Part shown: positions 28,914-38,882 of the stretch, one piece after another | How the letters are laid out: each line of letters opens with the position of its first letter | How positions within the stretch are numbered: the first letter of the stretch is position 1 | Source: Thermoplasmatota archaeon | GTDB lineage: Archaea; Thermoplasmatota; Penumbrarchaeia; Penumbrarchaeales; Penumbrarchaeaceae | Direction: 5' to 3' | Assembly (NCBI GenBank): GCA_965234725.1 | Contig: CBDDUX010000038.1 | Span: 1 to 64,000 of the forward strand | DNA length: 64,000 nt | Notes under the pieces: model-generated | Seen by the model: only the letters and a program-made list of their open reading frames with translations | Told to the model about the DNA's origin: nothing | Database searches by the model: none | Program-made: the position numbers and the translations under genes

Positions 28914-31900
28914 TCAGTCCGTTACACGGCTGAGACAGGTCGCAGCGATCCTGTAAGCTTTAAGATATTCCTTCTTTATTACAAGGTTCTGGATGGTCTC
29001 GATATCCCTCTTGATCTCTCCAGTAGCTTTTCCCTGTGTATGCCTGATCTTCATTTCCTGACGTATCTCGGCTATCAGGGAGAATAGTTTGGTCTTGGCT
29101 TCCTCTGGATCTAGCTCTATCTCATCCATCGCTATGTCACCTGGAACAGGATCAGGATCCATACCACCTGGACCGCTGATCCCAGAAGTTGAAAGCGTGG
29201 AGATCTTCTTCACAAGGGATGACATCTCGGATCTAGCCTTTTCAACATCAGCAGCTTCTATTAGATCCCTGATTCGAGCCATTGATTCCCTAAGGCCTTC
29301 AACCGGCACCCCTGCATCGACAAGCTTCTTTATCTTCCCCTCTTGTCCAATAAGACCTCCCCTGAGCTCATCCAGCTGTGATTGCAGTTCCACTCTATTT
29401 TCTATTCTATCCTTCAAGGTCAGTATCTGTTTATCGACCAGTTCTATAACGGAATCAACATCACCAGCATCCATAAGGACCTTGGCTTTTGTGTGAGCCG
29501 CTTTAAAGGTGGCTACCTTCAAACCAACAGATCTGGCATTCTTGATAAAGGTTCCAAGTTCCTCAAGAATAATGGATGCCCTGGCCGTTTTAACCTCCTG
29601 ACTCAGCTTCTCCCTCATACCATAAAGATGCTCCATGGCATCCTTGAACCTACCATCATCGGCCATATTATAAGAATGCTGGATCTCCGGTTCAAGATCT
29701 CCGAGAGTCAGTCCATATCTTTCAGAATCGCTCCAAAGGTCCCGGATCTCCTTCTCTATGATAGAGAAGGTCCGTTTGGTCATCCTTTCATCCAATTCCA
29801 CCTGGGCCCTTGTCATGAGGTCAAGTGATTCTTCAACATCACCTGATCTCATTTTCTCCCTTGCCATGTCCATTATCCTCTTGGAAGCTTCAGTATCGAC
29901 TAGGAGTCCTTCGGCTTCTTTCAGGGTGGCCATTGCATTATCGAGCCTGTCCCCGATCACAAGAGAGAGCTTCTTCTTCCGGAGCTCCTTTAATAGTGAC
30001 CTCTCCCTTTCCACACTTGATTTATCCTTCCTTTCGAGATATAGGTCCTTTACCTCTTCAAGACCTTTCTCGAAGTGGTCAACATCCACTCCCTGTTGCC
30101 TCAGGCCTTTCATCTCGTTCATTATCATTATCATTAATTTCTGATACTCGACCCTCAATTCATCACGTCTCATATAGTTGAGCCTTTCATTGAGTATATC
30201 CATCTGAGCGTCGAAGTCCTCCATCTTACCATTGGAAAGTGCTTTGGTCGCCAATTCCAATGGCTCGTCCAGAGGTGAAACGTCTATGGATAGACCTAAA
30301 AGCTCGTTCCGTGTCGAAAGGACCTCGTTCAGGCTTCTCTCGGCCTGTTTCCTGATACTGATGGTCACTATCTTCTTGAAGGTTGTTTCAGCCTTTGTTA
30401 GAAGTTCCTGGGCCACTTCCAGATCATTATCCTCAAGGGCCTTCTCTGATTTCTCGAGTATCACTTCCACAGGCTTGGCGTCCATGGATTGATGGAGGGA
30501 CTCAAGTTTCTCCTTTAGAACATTGATGCCTTTTTCCAGGGTTTGTGTTCTGCTCTCTTCAAGATCGGCCAATGTATGCGCCGCATCATCAAGAAGCTTC
30601 TCCATCCCCTCAAGTGCGCCTTGAATATCAGATGAGAATCTTGACAGGAGGTGGTCCTTCTCCCTCACCATCCTGATATGATCTTCTGATGCTTCACCCA
30701 GTATGTAGGATATCCTCTGTATCATGGGTTCAACGGACTGGAGTATCATTTCGAACTTCCGTTTCTCTGCTATTGCAGCTTCTCCCGTGACCTCTTGATA
30801 GAGTTTCCTGAAATTCATGTAAACGGTTACTGTGTCATTTTCCGAACCTTCAGGGAACCGTTCTATCTTCTGGCTGAACGCAGTTCTTTTCTCCTCATCC
30901 ACAACCCTGCTGAGAAGCGACTTCATTTCCTTTGTCTTATCTTTCATTTCCTTCTGGAGGTCTGAGAAAAGCATCTGATTATCTTTTTCAATGAGTTCAA
31001 GGGAGGTCCTCAATTCCTTCAAGGAAGTGATGAGGTGTTCCACATCACCGGAGTTGACACCTTTCATTATCGTGGTAATGTTTGGGACCTTACCATCCAA
31101 TCTCACCTGTTTCCCTATATCAAGGTACTGAGATTCCACAGCCCGGATGTTGGCTATCATGTTGTTGATCGCATTTGGAGCAAGGGATACCAGGTACTGT
31201 GATAGCCAGTCGTATGATATCTTCCAGTATTGATCCAACATTCCCATATCTTTACGCTGGAAGGCCTCCTTCATAGCCTTGAGATGGGGTTGAATGCCAC
31301 TTGTATCTCCTCCGATCATTCTGGCTTCCCGGTCAAGGTCTTCCACCAATCGAACCTTCTCCAAGGAGGGGTCCGTTACCTCAGCATTATCCTCCTTCAA
31401 TTCAATATGATCAGGCTTGAGAGAAGGAGCTTGAGGCGCTTCCTCCATCTCATCAGGTATCTCAACGTCTTCTGTTTTTCCATGTGAACTATCATCTTTT
31501 GAGAGGTCCTTCTTCTCAAGGACCTCCACTTCAATATTTGAAGTGGGCTGAGGGACCTGATCTTCTTTTCCAATGGATCTTGATCCTTCTTTTTTATCAG
31601 GATGAGCACTGTCCTTTTGTTTTTTGGATGTTGATGAGGAGGGAGGTTTGTCATCAACCGATCCACTTTCCTGGATGTCTGAACCTTCTGGTTTATTTTG
31701 AGTGGGTGCACCATCTGCTGATATCCCAAGCTGGGAGGATACTTTTTCAAGATAGACCTCGAATTTCGAAAGGGCCCGAAGAAGTTCCTTTTCAGGAGCT
31801 GCTTTGGCCACTTTTTCTATCTTATTCAGGCTATCTCTAAGCTTTCCTATATCCTGCCCCTTCTCTTCGATCTGTTTAAGGATACTCCAGCTCTTACTGA

Positions 31901-31937
31901 TCCTTGCCTGAACAGAGCTATCCCCTTTCTGGACCAT
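28914..31937 (-). CDS. Large alpha-helical repeat / coiled-coil protein of unknown function
   Basis: 1007 aa, rich in E/K/L, no TM; disordered linker near the N-terminus and 63-66-aa helical repeats. Confidence 0.75.
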   Translation of the reverse strand: MVQKGDSSVQARISKSWSILKQIEEKGQDIGKLRDSLNKIEKVAKAAPEKELLRALSKFEVYLEKVSSQLGISADGAPTQNKPEGSDIQESGSVDDKPPSSSTSKKQKDSAHPDKKEGSRSIGKEDQVPQPTSNIEVEVLEKKDLSKDDSSHGKTEDVEIPDEMEEAPQAPSLKPDHIELKEDNAEVTDPSLEKVRLVEDLDREARMIGGDTSGIQPHLKAMKEAFQRKDMGMLDQYWKISYDWLSQYLVSLAPNAINNMIANIRAVESQYLDIGKQVRLDGKVPNITTIMKGVNSGDVEHLITSLKELRTSLELIEKDNQMLFSDLQKEMKDKTKEMKSLLSRVVDEEKRTAFSQKIERFPEGSENDTVTVYMNFRKLYQEVTGEAAIAEKRKFEMILQSVEPMIQRISYILGEASEDHIRMVREKDHLLSRFSSDIQGALEGMEKLLDDAAHTLADLEESRTQTLEKGINVLKEKLESLHQSMDAKPVEVILEKSEKALEDNDLEVAQELLTKAETTFKKIVTISIRKQAERSLNEVLSTRNELLGLSIDVSPLDEPLELATKALSNGKMEDFDAQMDILNERLNYMRRDELRVEYQKLMIMIMNEMKGLRQQGVDVDHFEKGLEEVKDLYLERKDKSSVERERSLLKELRKKKLSLVIGDRLDNAMATLKEAEGLLVDTEASKRIMDMAREKMRSGDVEESLDLMTRAQVELDERMTKRTFSIIEKEIRDLWSDSERYGLTLGDLEPEIQHSYNMADDGRFKDAMEHLYGMREKLSQEVKTARASIILEELGTFIKNARSVGLKVATFKAAHTKAKVLMDAGDVDSVIELVDKQILTLKDRIENRVELQSQLDELRGGLIGQEGKIKKLVDAGVPVEGLRESMARIRDLIEAADVEKARSEMSSLVKKISTLSTSGISGPGGMDPDPVPGDIAMDEIELDPEEAKTKLFSLIAEIRQEMKIRHTQGKATGEIKRDIETIQNLVIKKEYLKAYRIAATCLSRVTD

Positions 31938-32031
31938 TTTCCCAGCACCTCCCGAACATCCAAAATGCCGGGTTTATTAAAATGTACGTACGTTAATAAG
32001 GTTTCTTATCTAATTCACTAATGCTGAAAAA

Positions 32032-34791
32032 CTACCGGTTGGATGTGTCATCTCCAGTGATCTTCAGTTCCTCCACATGGGAAACGTTTTCAACCGGACC
32101 ACCAAGACCTGGACCTGGTAAAGAGGTCAAAGGTGCAGAAACTCCTTTTTCATTATAGCCTTCCGGTTTCGGACCTCCGTAGAGTTCCTCGTATGATACC
32201 TTGGGAGATGCTTCCTCCTCTTCAAGATCCTTCCCGAACGGGTCCTTTCCCTGCTTCTTCATCGTTTCGATATGATCCAGGAATTCCCTTTCTCGCTCCT
32301 TTTTCTCTTTCCTCTGTTTCTGCACAAGGATGAATCCTGTTATTCCGAAGATGACCAGTACCAAAATAATGCCAACAATGACCAGTATATTGGTGGGTTT
32401 TGCAAAATCACCAAAACTTGATGAGGAACTCCCCGAAGCATTTCCCAGTGGTTCTATTGTTGCCACAGATAATGCACCCTCCCCTGCAGTATCAGTAATG
32501 ATATACCTCTCCGCCAACCCTTTAATCTCTGCATAATCCAGGTGGTGAATGGATACACAGAATATTTCAAAGTCCTCCGGGTCTATCGGATATGATAATC
32601 CTCCCTCGGCCATTTCGGAAAAGGGAATATCCCAGACCAGGGTCGCCTTGTTAAGGATCCTCCCGGTTGAATTCACATAGATGGAGGGATCACCAATGTA
32701 GCTTCTATTGGCTATCATCATATCATTTTCAGGCAATCTATAAGGGATCTCATCCCAACTTGAGATATTCTTGAAATCAATAAATGGTTCCTGATACCCG
32801 CTCTTCATAATATAGAGATGATATTGGAAGGATCCGTCGATCTGTATTGTATCCTTGATCTCAAGTAGGACCTGGATCGCATTCCCTCTTCTCTGCGTCT
32901 TTATCGAGAGGATATCCAGACCTGACTGTGCCACTGTAGAAACCGTAAAAACCCGATCCCCGGAACCTTTCAGCTTCCATTCCTCCTGGGTCTTAACAGA
33001 ATCTGATACTGGATCCCTTATATCCCTGAGAAGTTCTCCGATAGCAATATCTTCAGGAGCTTCAACAAGGATCGTAATATTCTTTTTGACCGATAGTTTT
33101 CCATCACTTACGGTTAGAACAATAGTGGTATTACCGGAATGAGATGTAGCGTAGACATGGGATGCCACCATCCCTTTGGAGGTCTTCCCGTCCCCCCAAT
33201 CCCATTCATAGGATAGTGGGTCCAGATCAATATCCGTGAACCCGGAAGCTTGTAAGGTTATTTCTTCGGAAGGGAACAATGTCAGGTTCCCTTTCACAAT
33301 TTCTATAATTCCAGCCTCCGGCTGATCGTTCACGGGTTCTATCGACAGGGCTATTTTGACTATCTCGAACCCTCCCCTACCATCACTGAGTGAAACATTG
33401 AAGAAATAACTTCCAACATCATCTTGAACAGGACTGAGGACCATTGTACCATTTTGGAACAGTTCGAAAAATGGCATCAATGCTTGAGATGCATTTGTTG
33501 CAAAGGAGAGGCTTTCATACGGATCATCATCATCACCATATATCATCTTGTAGACCTTGACGGTATCCTCATCGGCATACATGTTGAATATCTCACCATT
33601 GTATTCGGAATTTCCTATCTTTGTAATAAATGGTAGATCGTCGACCTCTTTTACGGATATTCTGATCGAATCGGAAACGGAACCATCCAGATCCGATGCC
33701 TTGAAAGATACGATCTCCTCACCGTACCAATTTTCGGAAGGTATGATCCTTGCATGGGTGAACTGGACCTTCTTTGTCCCCTTACCAATGCTGAAATTGA
33801 CGAATTTTACATCTACGTTGACATTCTTTGATGTGATCTGGAACTCTACTTTATCTCCGCCTTCCTCTATGAAGTGACTTGATAGATTGAGAGGGGGCTG
33901 AAGTTCCTCATCCTCATTAATGATTATAGTCTCGGCCCAGGGAGCCGAGATGTTCTCTATCGGGATGGTAGTTTGGGACCATTCGGTCACGTTCAGAGTA
34001 TAAGAGGGACTGTTGCTGGACAGGTATTGCGCTCCTCCCTGCAGAGGGAAATAGATCCTGAAGAATATCCGTATCTCCTGGCCCCCGTCATTTCTCAGTT
34101 CAAATACGTCCCCTTCTCCATAAGTTCCGATCAGGTCCTGTGTTGTGTTAAGGACCTCGAAGGTGGAAGGATTTGTGGTTATGAGGTAGGCTCTAACGGC
34201 TCTGAAGGGTTGTACGTCAAACTGATAATAATCAACCGGATCGTGTATGGGATTGAGATTGGTTCCCAGGGCCAGTGAACCGGAGATCCCAGCTGAACCG
34301 GGCCAGTTGATCCCATCATTCTTACTGTTGACGATATCCTTTTCTCCTCCCATCTGAAATGTATAGCCAGATGAGCTTCCCACGGGATCTGTTGATATCT
34401 CCATGAAATAGTCCCCATCATATGGGACAAAGAACTCGACATCAGACCATCCTCCATCGGAGTAAAGTGTTGCGATCGGTCTTCCGTTGGGTTCGTAGAA
34501 TACACCCTTTACATTTGCACCGGAATCCCTTTTTAATGAGAGTGCCAACCTCTGTGACTTTTCATATTTGATATCGTCCCCTTGAAGATCCTTTATCCTG
34601 AACACATCTCTAGTATTAACTGGATCAAGATCACCGGCTCTTGCATCGGTATCAAAGAAAATATCAACAGCTTCATCGAACAGGTACTTGTTCGAATAAC
34701 CATTTACATCTGGGGCTTGTATCATGAATGGTGTGAATAGGGACAGTACCATTATCGATGCTATAAAGAATCTATTGTAGGTTGAAAACAT
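32032..34791 (-). CDS. Secreted PKD/cadherin-like-domain surface protein with C-terminal TM anchor
   Basis: Start taken at MFSTYNRFF (GGTGA RBS upstream); INEDE...VDDLP, PVNDQP, LSYEWDWGDG...HVY...LTVSDG (PKD); TM plus charged tail. Confidence 0.8.
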   Translation of the reverse strand: MFSTYNRFFIASIMVLSLFTPFMIQAPDVNGYSNKYLFDEAVDIFFDTDARAGDLDPVNTRDVFRIKDLQGDDIKYEKSQRLALSLKRDSGANVKGVFYEPNGRPIATLYSDGGWSDVEFFVPYDGDYFMEISTDPVGSSSGYTFQMGGEKDIVNSKNDGINWPGSAGISGSLALGTNLNPIHDPVDYYQFDVQPFRAVRAYLITTNPSTFEVLNTTQDLIGTYGEGDVFELRNDGGQEIRIFFRIYFPLQGGAQYLSSNSPSYTLNVTEWSQTTIPIENISAPWAETIIINEDEELQPPLNLSSHFIEEGGDKVEFQITSKNVNVDVKFVNFSIGKGTKKVQFTHARIIPSENWYGEEIVSFKASDLDGSVSDSIRISVKEVDDLPFITKIGNSEYNGEIFNMYADEDTVKVYKMIYGDDDDPYESLSFATNASQALMPFFELFQNGTMVLSPVQDDVGSYFFNVSLSDGRGGFEIVKIALSIEPVNDQPEAGIIEIVKGNLTLFPSEEITLQASGFTDIDLDPLSYEWDWGDGKTSKGMVASHVYATSHSGNTTIVLTVSDGKLSVKKNITILVEAPEDIAIGELLRDIRDPVSDSVKTQEEWKLKGSGDRVFTVSTVAQSGLDILSIKTQRRGNAIQVLLEIKDTIQIDGSFQYHLYIMKSGYQEPFIDFKNISSWDEIPYRLPENDMMIANRSYIGDPSIYVNSTGRILNKATLVWDIPFSEMAEGGLSYPIDPEDFEIFCVSIHHLDYAEIKGLAERYIITDTAGEGALSVATIEPLGNASGSSSSSFGDFAKPTNILVIVGIILVLVIFGITGFILVQKQRKEKKEREREFLDHIETMKKQGKDPFGKDLEEEEASPKVSYEELYGGPKPEGYNEKGVSAPLTSLPGPGLGGPVENVSHVEELKITGDDTSNR

Positions 34792-34887
34792 CCTATCACC
34801 CTGGACGTTCTGTAAAGCCTCCACTGGTATATTGAGGTTACCTGGATGGATATTGGAATTGGACCCATATCTACCAAGAAAATGTAC

Positions 34888-34921
34888 AAAAAAAAAGCGC
34901 CCCCGTTTAACGGGAGCGCTT
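34888..34921 (-). terminator. Hairpin plus U-tract terminator after the 34940..37018 gene
   Basis: Minus strand AGCGCTCCCG-TTAAA-CGGGGGCGCT (one G.U pair) running into a T9 tract. Confidence 0.75.
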
Positions 34922-34939
34922 GGTTGATTCAACCCTCAC

Positions 34940-37018
34940 TCACTGTGGGGGCATTGGAGGCTCTGGCTGTGGAGGGATCGGAGGCTGCTCGGGAACTTCC
35001 GGTGCTACTGGCTCTTCCGGAGCGGGTGGCATGGATTCGTCCACAAGAGGTTCCTCGACAGGTTCTTCGACAGGTGCCTCGACTGGTGCCTCGGCTGGTG
35101 GTTGCTCATAGCTTTCTTCCATAGGCTGCTCATAGCCCTCTTCCACGGGCTGCTCGTAACCTTCTTCCATGGGCATTTCACCGGTCTCAATACCCATATC
35201 CTCCTCACCCATAGGTTCGGATTCCTCAGGTATCTCCTCTTCCTTCTTCTTGCCCTTCATCACAATAAGGATGATGACCAGAAGGATGACCAAAAGGATC
35301 ACAACAACGATGATGATTATGACCATTGTATTGTCATCAGTATCTTCGTCTTTCTCGGCGATGGTCACAGAGAATGTCTGGGTTGCGGTTCCGTCATATG
35401 GGTCAACCACTGTTGCAGTAAAGGTGTATGTCCCGGGTTCCAGATCGGTTATTGTGATAGGGTTTCCGGTCTTCTCCCAGGTGTCATCTCCGGTCCTGGT
35501 CCAGGTAACGGTAAGTGTATCCTGATCGTCTGTCACATTGGCCTCCAAGGTGAAGGATTCTCCTTCCTTCACTTCCTCGGTCGGTCCCTCGATGGCATTT
35601 ATTATTGGAGCTGTGTTGGAAATGGTCACGTTAACATGGAAGTAACCGATCTCAACGGTCTCGATCCCGTCTGATACATAAGCGGATACGTTGTAGATCT
35701 TGGCAGTGGACCAGTTGTAAAGGAAGTAATCCATGTTCCACCCGGTGACAACGGTTCCGTCGATCTTCCAGCTGACAGTGAGGTCGTCGCCGTCCACATC
35801 CATGAGGTTGTCAACAGAGACGTTCACCTCTTCTCCGGTCTTCTTGTCGATCATCTCCGCATACCCGGTTCCCCACTCTCCAGTGGGTGCATCGTTGACA
35901 GCTTCCACGGTGAAAAGGATCCAGACGTAGGCTTCAAGGTCACCCTGGTCCATAATCGAGTAGTTCACTAGGAAATGACCGTTGAGGTTCTCGTCAACAG
36001 TGACATTGTACTGGTGCATTCCGGAATCCCACATGACCTCTATTCCATCCATGATATCATCGGTGATATCAACGGAGATATTCATGTGATCCGATTCTAA
36101 ATCGGTGAAGTTTACTGTGAAGTTCACTCCCATCTGGTCTTCCACTAGATCGAGTTCCACAAGCCAGGAGAAGTTTCCATCCACTCCGGTCACATTGAGC
36201 AATTCGGTCACATTGACCCACATCGGCGGGTAGCTCATCTCTTCAAAGATCACCTCATGTATAACTGGGGGATCGTTGACCGGTGCCACGTTCAGGTCAA
36301 ACATCTCATATGCTGAATTACCATTGGTATCGGCTGCAGTCACATTGACCTGGGCCATTCCCGTGAAGTTGGCGGGAGGTGTGACTTCCCACCAGGGATA
36401 TCCATCCGCATCGGTGATGGGTGTGAAGGTCCAATCGTCAGGGAATCCCTCTGGCCCAACACCGAAGGTTAGGAAGGCATCTGCTTGGTCCATGACTGGG
36501 AGGAAGGCTTTGGTGAGATTCCATGCCCACATGGTGTCCTCGGTCAGTGAGGGCATTGTAAATCCAGCGTCTAATATTACTGGATGCCAAATTGTAATCA
36601 TTCCGGTTGCATTGACAGCCAGAGTGTCATTTTCAATCTCTACCATCCAGTCATGATCACCCACATAATCAGGTGAGTCTGGGGCAAATTCATATACCCA
36701 TCCTCCCCTGGTTGCGTTCCAATCATTAACATCAAGGGTCACGGGGTCAAGAGGTCCAATGGTCAACTCCAGAGTGATATTGGAATTGTTCACTGGCGCT
36801 GCCAATCCCTCGATGAACCATTCAAACGTATCCAGGATAGTGTATGCATTTCCATCGTCAGCAGGCGCAAATGTATCCGTAACAGTGACATTAATGGTTG
36901 TTGGAAGAGGCTCATCTGCCTGTACCTGAATACCAAGGAATGCCACCATAATCATAGCCATCGTAATTGATATGGCCATGGCTCTTTTTCTTAACAAGTT
37001 CTCCATACTCATCACCAC
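34940..37018 (-). CDS. Acidic cell-surface glycoprotein (cadherin/PKD-like Ig repeats, TM anchor, Pro/Glu-rich cytoplasmic tail); S-layer candidate
   Basis: Signal peptide; LTED, PVNDPP, VNDAP, NTAP motifs; many N-x-S/T sequons; poly-Ile/Val TM; EEGYEQP repeats. Confidence 0.8.
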   Translation of the reverse strand: MVMSMENLLRKRAMAISITMAMIMVAFLGIQVQADEPLPTTINVTVTDTFAPADDGNAYTILDTFEWFIEGLAAPVNNSNITLELTIGPLDPVTLDVNDWNATRGGWVYEFAPDSPDYVGDHDWMVEIENDTLAVNATGMITIWHPVILDAGFTMPSLTEDTMWAWNLTKAFLPVMDQADAFLTFGVGPEGFPDDWTFTPITDADGYPWWEVTPPANFTGMAQVNVTAADTNGNSAYEMFDLNVAPVNDPPVIHEVIFEEMSYPPMWVNVTELLNVTGVDGNFSWLVELDLVEDQMGVNFTVNFTDLESDHMNISVDITDDIMDGIEVMWDSGMHQYNVTVDENLNGHFLVNYSIMDQGDLEAYVWILFTVEAVNDAPTGEWGTGYAEMIDKKTGEEVNVSVDNLMDVDGDDLTVSWKIDGTVVTGWNMDYFLYNWSTAKIYNVSAYVSDGIETVEIGYFHVNVTISNTAPIINAIEGPTEEVKEGESFTLEANVTDDQDTLTVTWTRTGDDTWEKTGNPITITDLEPGTYTFTATVVDPYDGTATQTFSVTIAEKDEDTDDNTMVIIIIVVVILLVILLVIILIVMKGKKKEEEIPEESEPMGEEDMGIETGEMPMEEGYEQPVEEGYEQPMEESYEQPPAEAPVEAPVEEPVEEPLVDESMPPAPEEPVAPEVPEQPPIPPQPEPPMPPQ
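35049..35174. repeat. Coding tandem repeats (4 x 12 bp, then 3 x 24 bp)
   Basis: GGT(T/G)C(C/T)TCG(A/G)C(A/T) x4 at 35049-35096; TGCTC(A/G)TA...TCTTCCA.(A/G)GGC x3 at 35103-35174. They encode EAPV/EEPV and EEGYEQP(V/M). Confidence 0.85.
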
Positions 37019-37433
37019 CTAGTTTTCACATAGAAACTATGCTGTGTTATCCCAGGTGAGTCTATGTCCCCTTTGAAGCTCACCCTAGCGATGAAAAACA
37101 ACTAATCATTATATAAGGATTTCCAGGAATTGTTTACTCATTGTCGAAGTATTTTTAGAATTCGTTACAACGATGCGTATTTATTGTGATTTCCGAAAAT
37201 ATGGAAAAAAACTGTTTTTTATCAAGGCCAGGTTTTGCATCCAACCAAGTTAAGGACCATTGATCCCAACATGAGAAATGAATAAGACAAAAAATTGTTC
37301 TTGAAAAAACCTGTAAAAGGAAAAAAAAAATGACATTCAACAGCCTTAAGTTATAAACAACAGGGGCACCCATAAATATCAGTACTTGATTCAGCGCCAT
37401 GCCCCTGATGACATCAAATGTTATTGGGAGGTA

Positions 37434-38801
37434 ATGAAGGGGTCGGGTCCAATGGAAGACGAGACCATCTGGAAAAGGACGAAATTCGCTGCAGAGATTG
37501 GTGAAGAGGATTACAATACAGAGATCACTCTCTGCGGTTGGGTCCAGTATACACGTAATCTTGGAAAAATGGCCTTCGTCCATCTAAGGGATCGGACAGG
37601 GGTCTCCCAATTGACCGCTCTATCCAAGACCATGGACAAGGAGCTTTTCAACCTGATAGTTAACGTTCCCAGGGAATCCGCTATAAGTGTTAGAGGTATC
37701 GTGAAGCAGTCAACGCAAGCCAAGGCCGGCTGGGAGATCATACCATACAAGGTCAGGGTGATGGGAGAGGCGATGACCCCACTACCCCTAGGAGTTGTGG
37801 ACAAGGTTGACGCTGACATGGAGACAAGGTTGGATAACAGGTTCCTCGATCTGAGAAAACCAGAGGTCCAGGCCATCTTCATGATCAGATCGACATTGTT
37901 GAATGCTGTCAGGGAGGTCTTCCTAGAAGAAGGTTTCATAGAGATACATACTCCCAAGATAGTCGCTACCGCAACTGAAGGAGGGACAGCTCTCTTTGAG
38001 ATGAAATATTTCAATAGGAAGGCATATCTGAACCAGTCCCCCCAATTGTTCAAACAGACCATGATGGCAACCGGACTTGACCGGGTCTTCGAGATAGGAC
38101 CGGCATTTAGAGCCGAAGAGCACGATACCGTAAGGCATCTCAACGAGTACACCTCAATAGACTGTGAGATGGCATGGGGGACCTTTGATGACTCATTGGA
38201 GATACTCGAAAAGGTCATTCAGAGGGTCTATTCCAATGTTCTGAACAACAACTACATGGGCCTGGAAATGCTTGGACAGACCCTTGTATCACCAGAGAGA
38301 CCGTTTCCCAGGTTGGATTATAAATGTATCATAGACAAACTCTCGGCAAGAGGACTTGAGATCCATGATGAAAAATCAGGGAAGAAGAGGGTGATCGAAT
38401 GGGGAGATGACATCCCCATGGAGGGATTCAAAGAGATAGCCAAAGATAGGCCTTCCCTCTATTTCGTTATGAACTGGCCCATGAAATTGAAACCCTTCTA
38501 CATTCAGCCCAATCCAGATGATCCGGAGATTTCCATGGGTTTCGACCTGAATTTCGGTGAGAAGGAGCTGGTCTCCGGAGGACAGAGGGTCCACGATCCT
38601 GAACAATTGAAGAAATTGATCAGGGAGAGAAAACTTGACCCTGCGAATTTCGATTTTTACCTCAAATCCTTTGATTACGGAATGCCTCCTCATTCCGGTT
38701 GGGGTCTTGGAGCAGAAAGGCTCACAATGATCATAACCGGACGGACCAACGTTAGGGAAACGGTGCTTTTCCCCAGGGACAAGAACAGACTCATCCCATG
38801 A
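37434..38801 (+). CDS. aspS: Aspartate--tRNA ligase, archaeal type
   Basis: LRDRTG..Q, TRLDNRFLDLR, ATEGG, YLNQSPQLFKQ, FRAEEH.T.RHLNE, ELVSGGQR, YGMPPH.GWGLGAERL, LFPRD. The start is 37434 or 37452. Confidence 0.97.
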   Translation: MKGSGPMEDETIWKRTKFAAEIGEEDYNTEITLCGWVQYTRNLGKMAFVHLRDRTGVSQLTALSKTMDKELFNLIVNVPRESAISVRGIVKQSTQAKAGWEIIPYKVRVMGEAMTPLPLGVVDKVDADMETRLDNRFLDLRKPEVQAIFMIRSTLLNAVREVFLEEGFIEIHTPKIVATATEGGTALFEMKYFNRKAYLNQSPQLFKQTMMATGLDRVFEIGPAFRAEEHDTVRHLNEYTSIDCEMAWGTFDDSLEILEKVIQRVYSNVLNNNYMGLEMLGQTLVSPERPFPRLDYKCIIDKLSARGLEIHDEKSGKKRVIEWGDDIPMEGFKEIAKDRPSLYFVMNWPMKLKPFYIQPNPDDPEISMGFDLNFGEKELVSGGQRVHDPEQLKKLIRERKLDPANFDFYLKSFDYGMPPHSGWGLGAERLTMIITGRTNVRETVLFPRDKNRLIP

Positions 38802-38882
38802 ACTCGGATCTTTGCAAACTGCAAAATCTAGATATATCCAGATAATCGATGGATGTAGGCCTTGTTCAGGTAGGGGAAGAAG

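Noticed and set aside
34792-34932. N-terminal extension of the 966-aa ORF
   Set aside because: It runs through the upstream gene's terminator; a better start with RBS and signal peptide lies at 34791.
37120-37165. Possible degenerate third copy of the 48-bp repeat
   Set aside because: Only short AT-rich matches (AATTGTT...AGAATT), not distinguishable from chance.
37155-37583. 142-aa minus-strand ORF
   Set aside because: Antisense to aspS and runs through an A-tract-rich promoter region.
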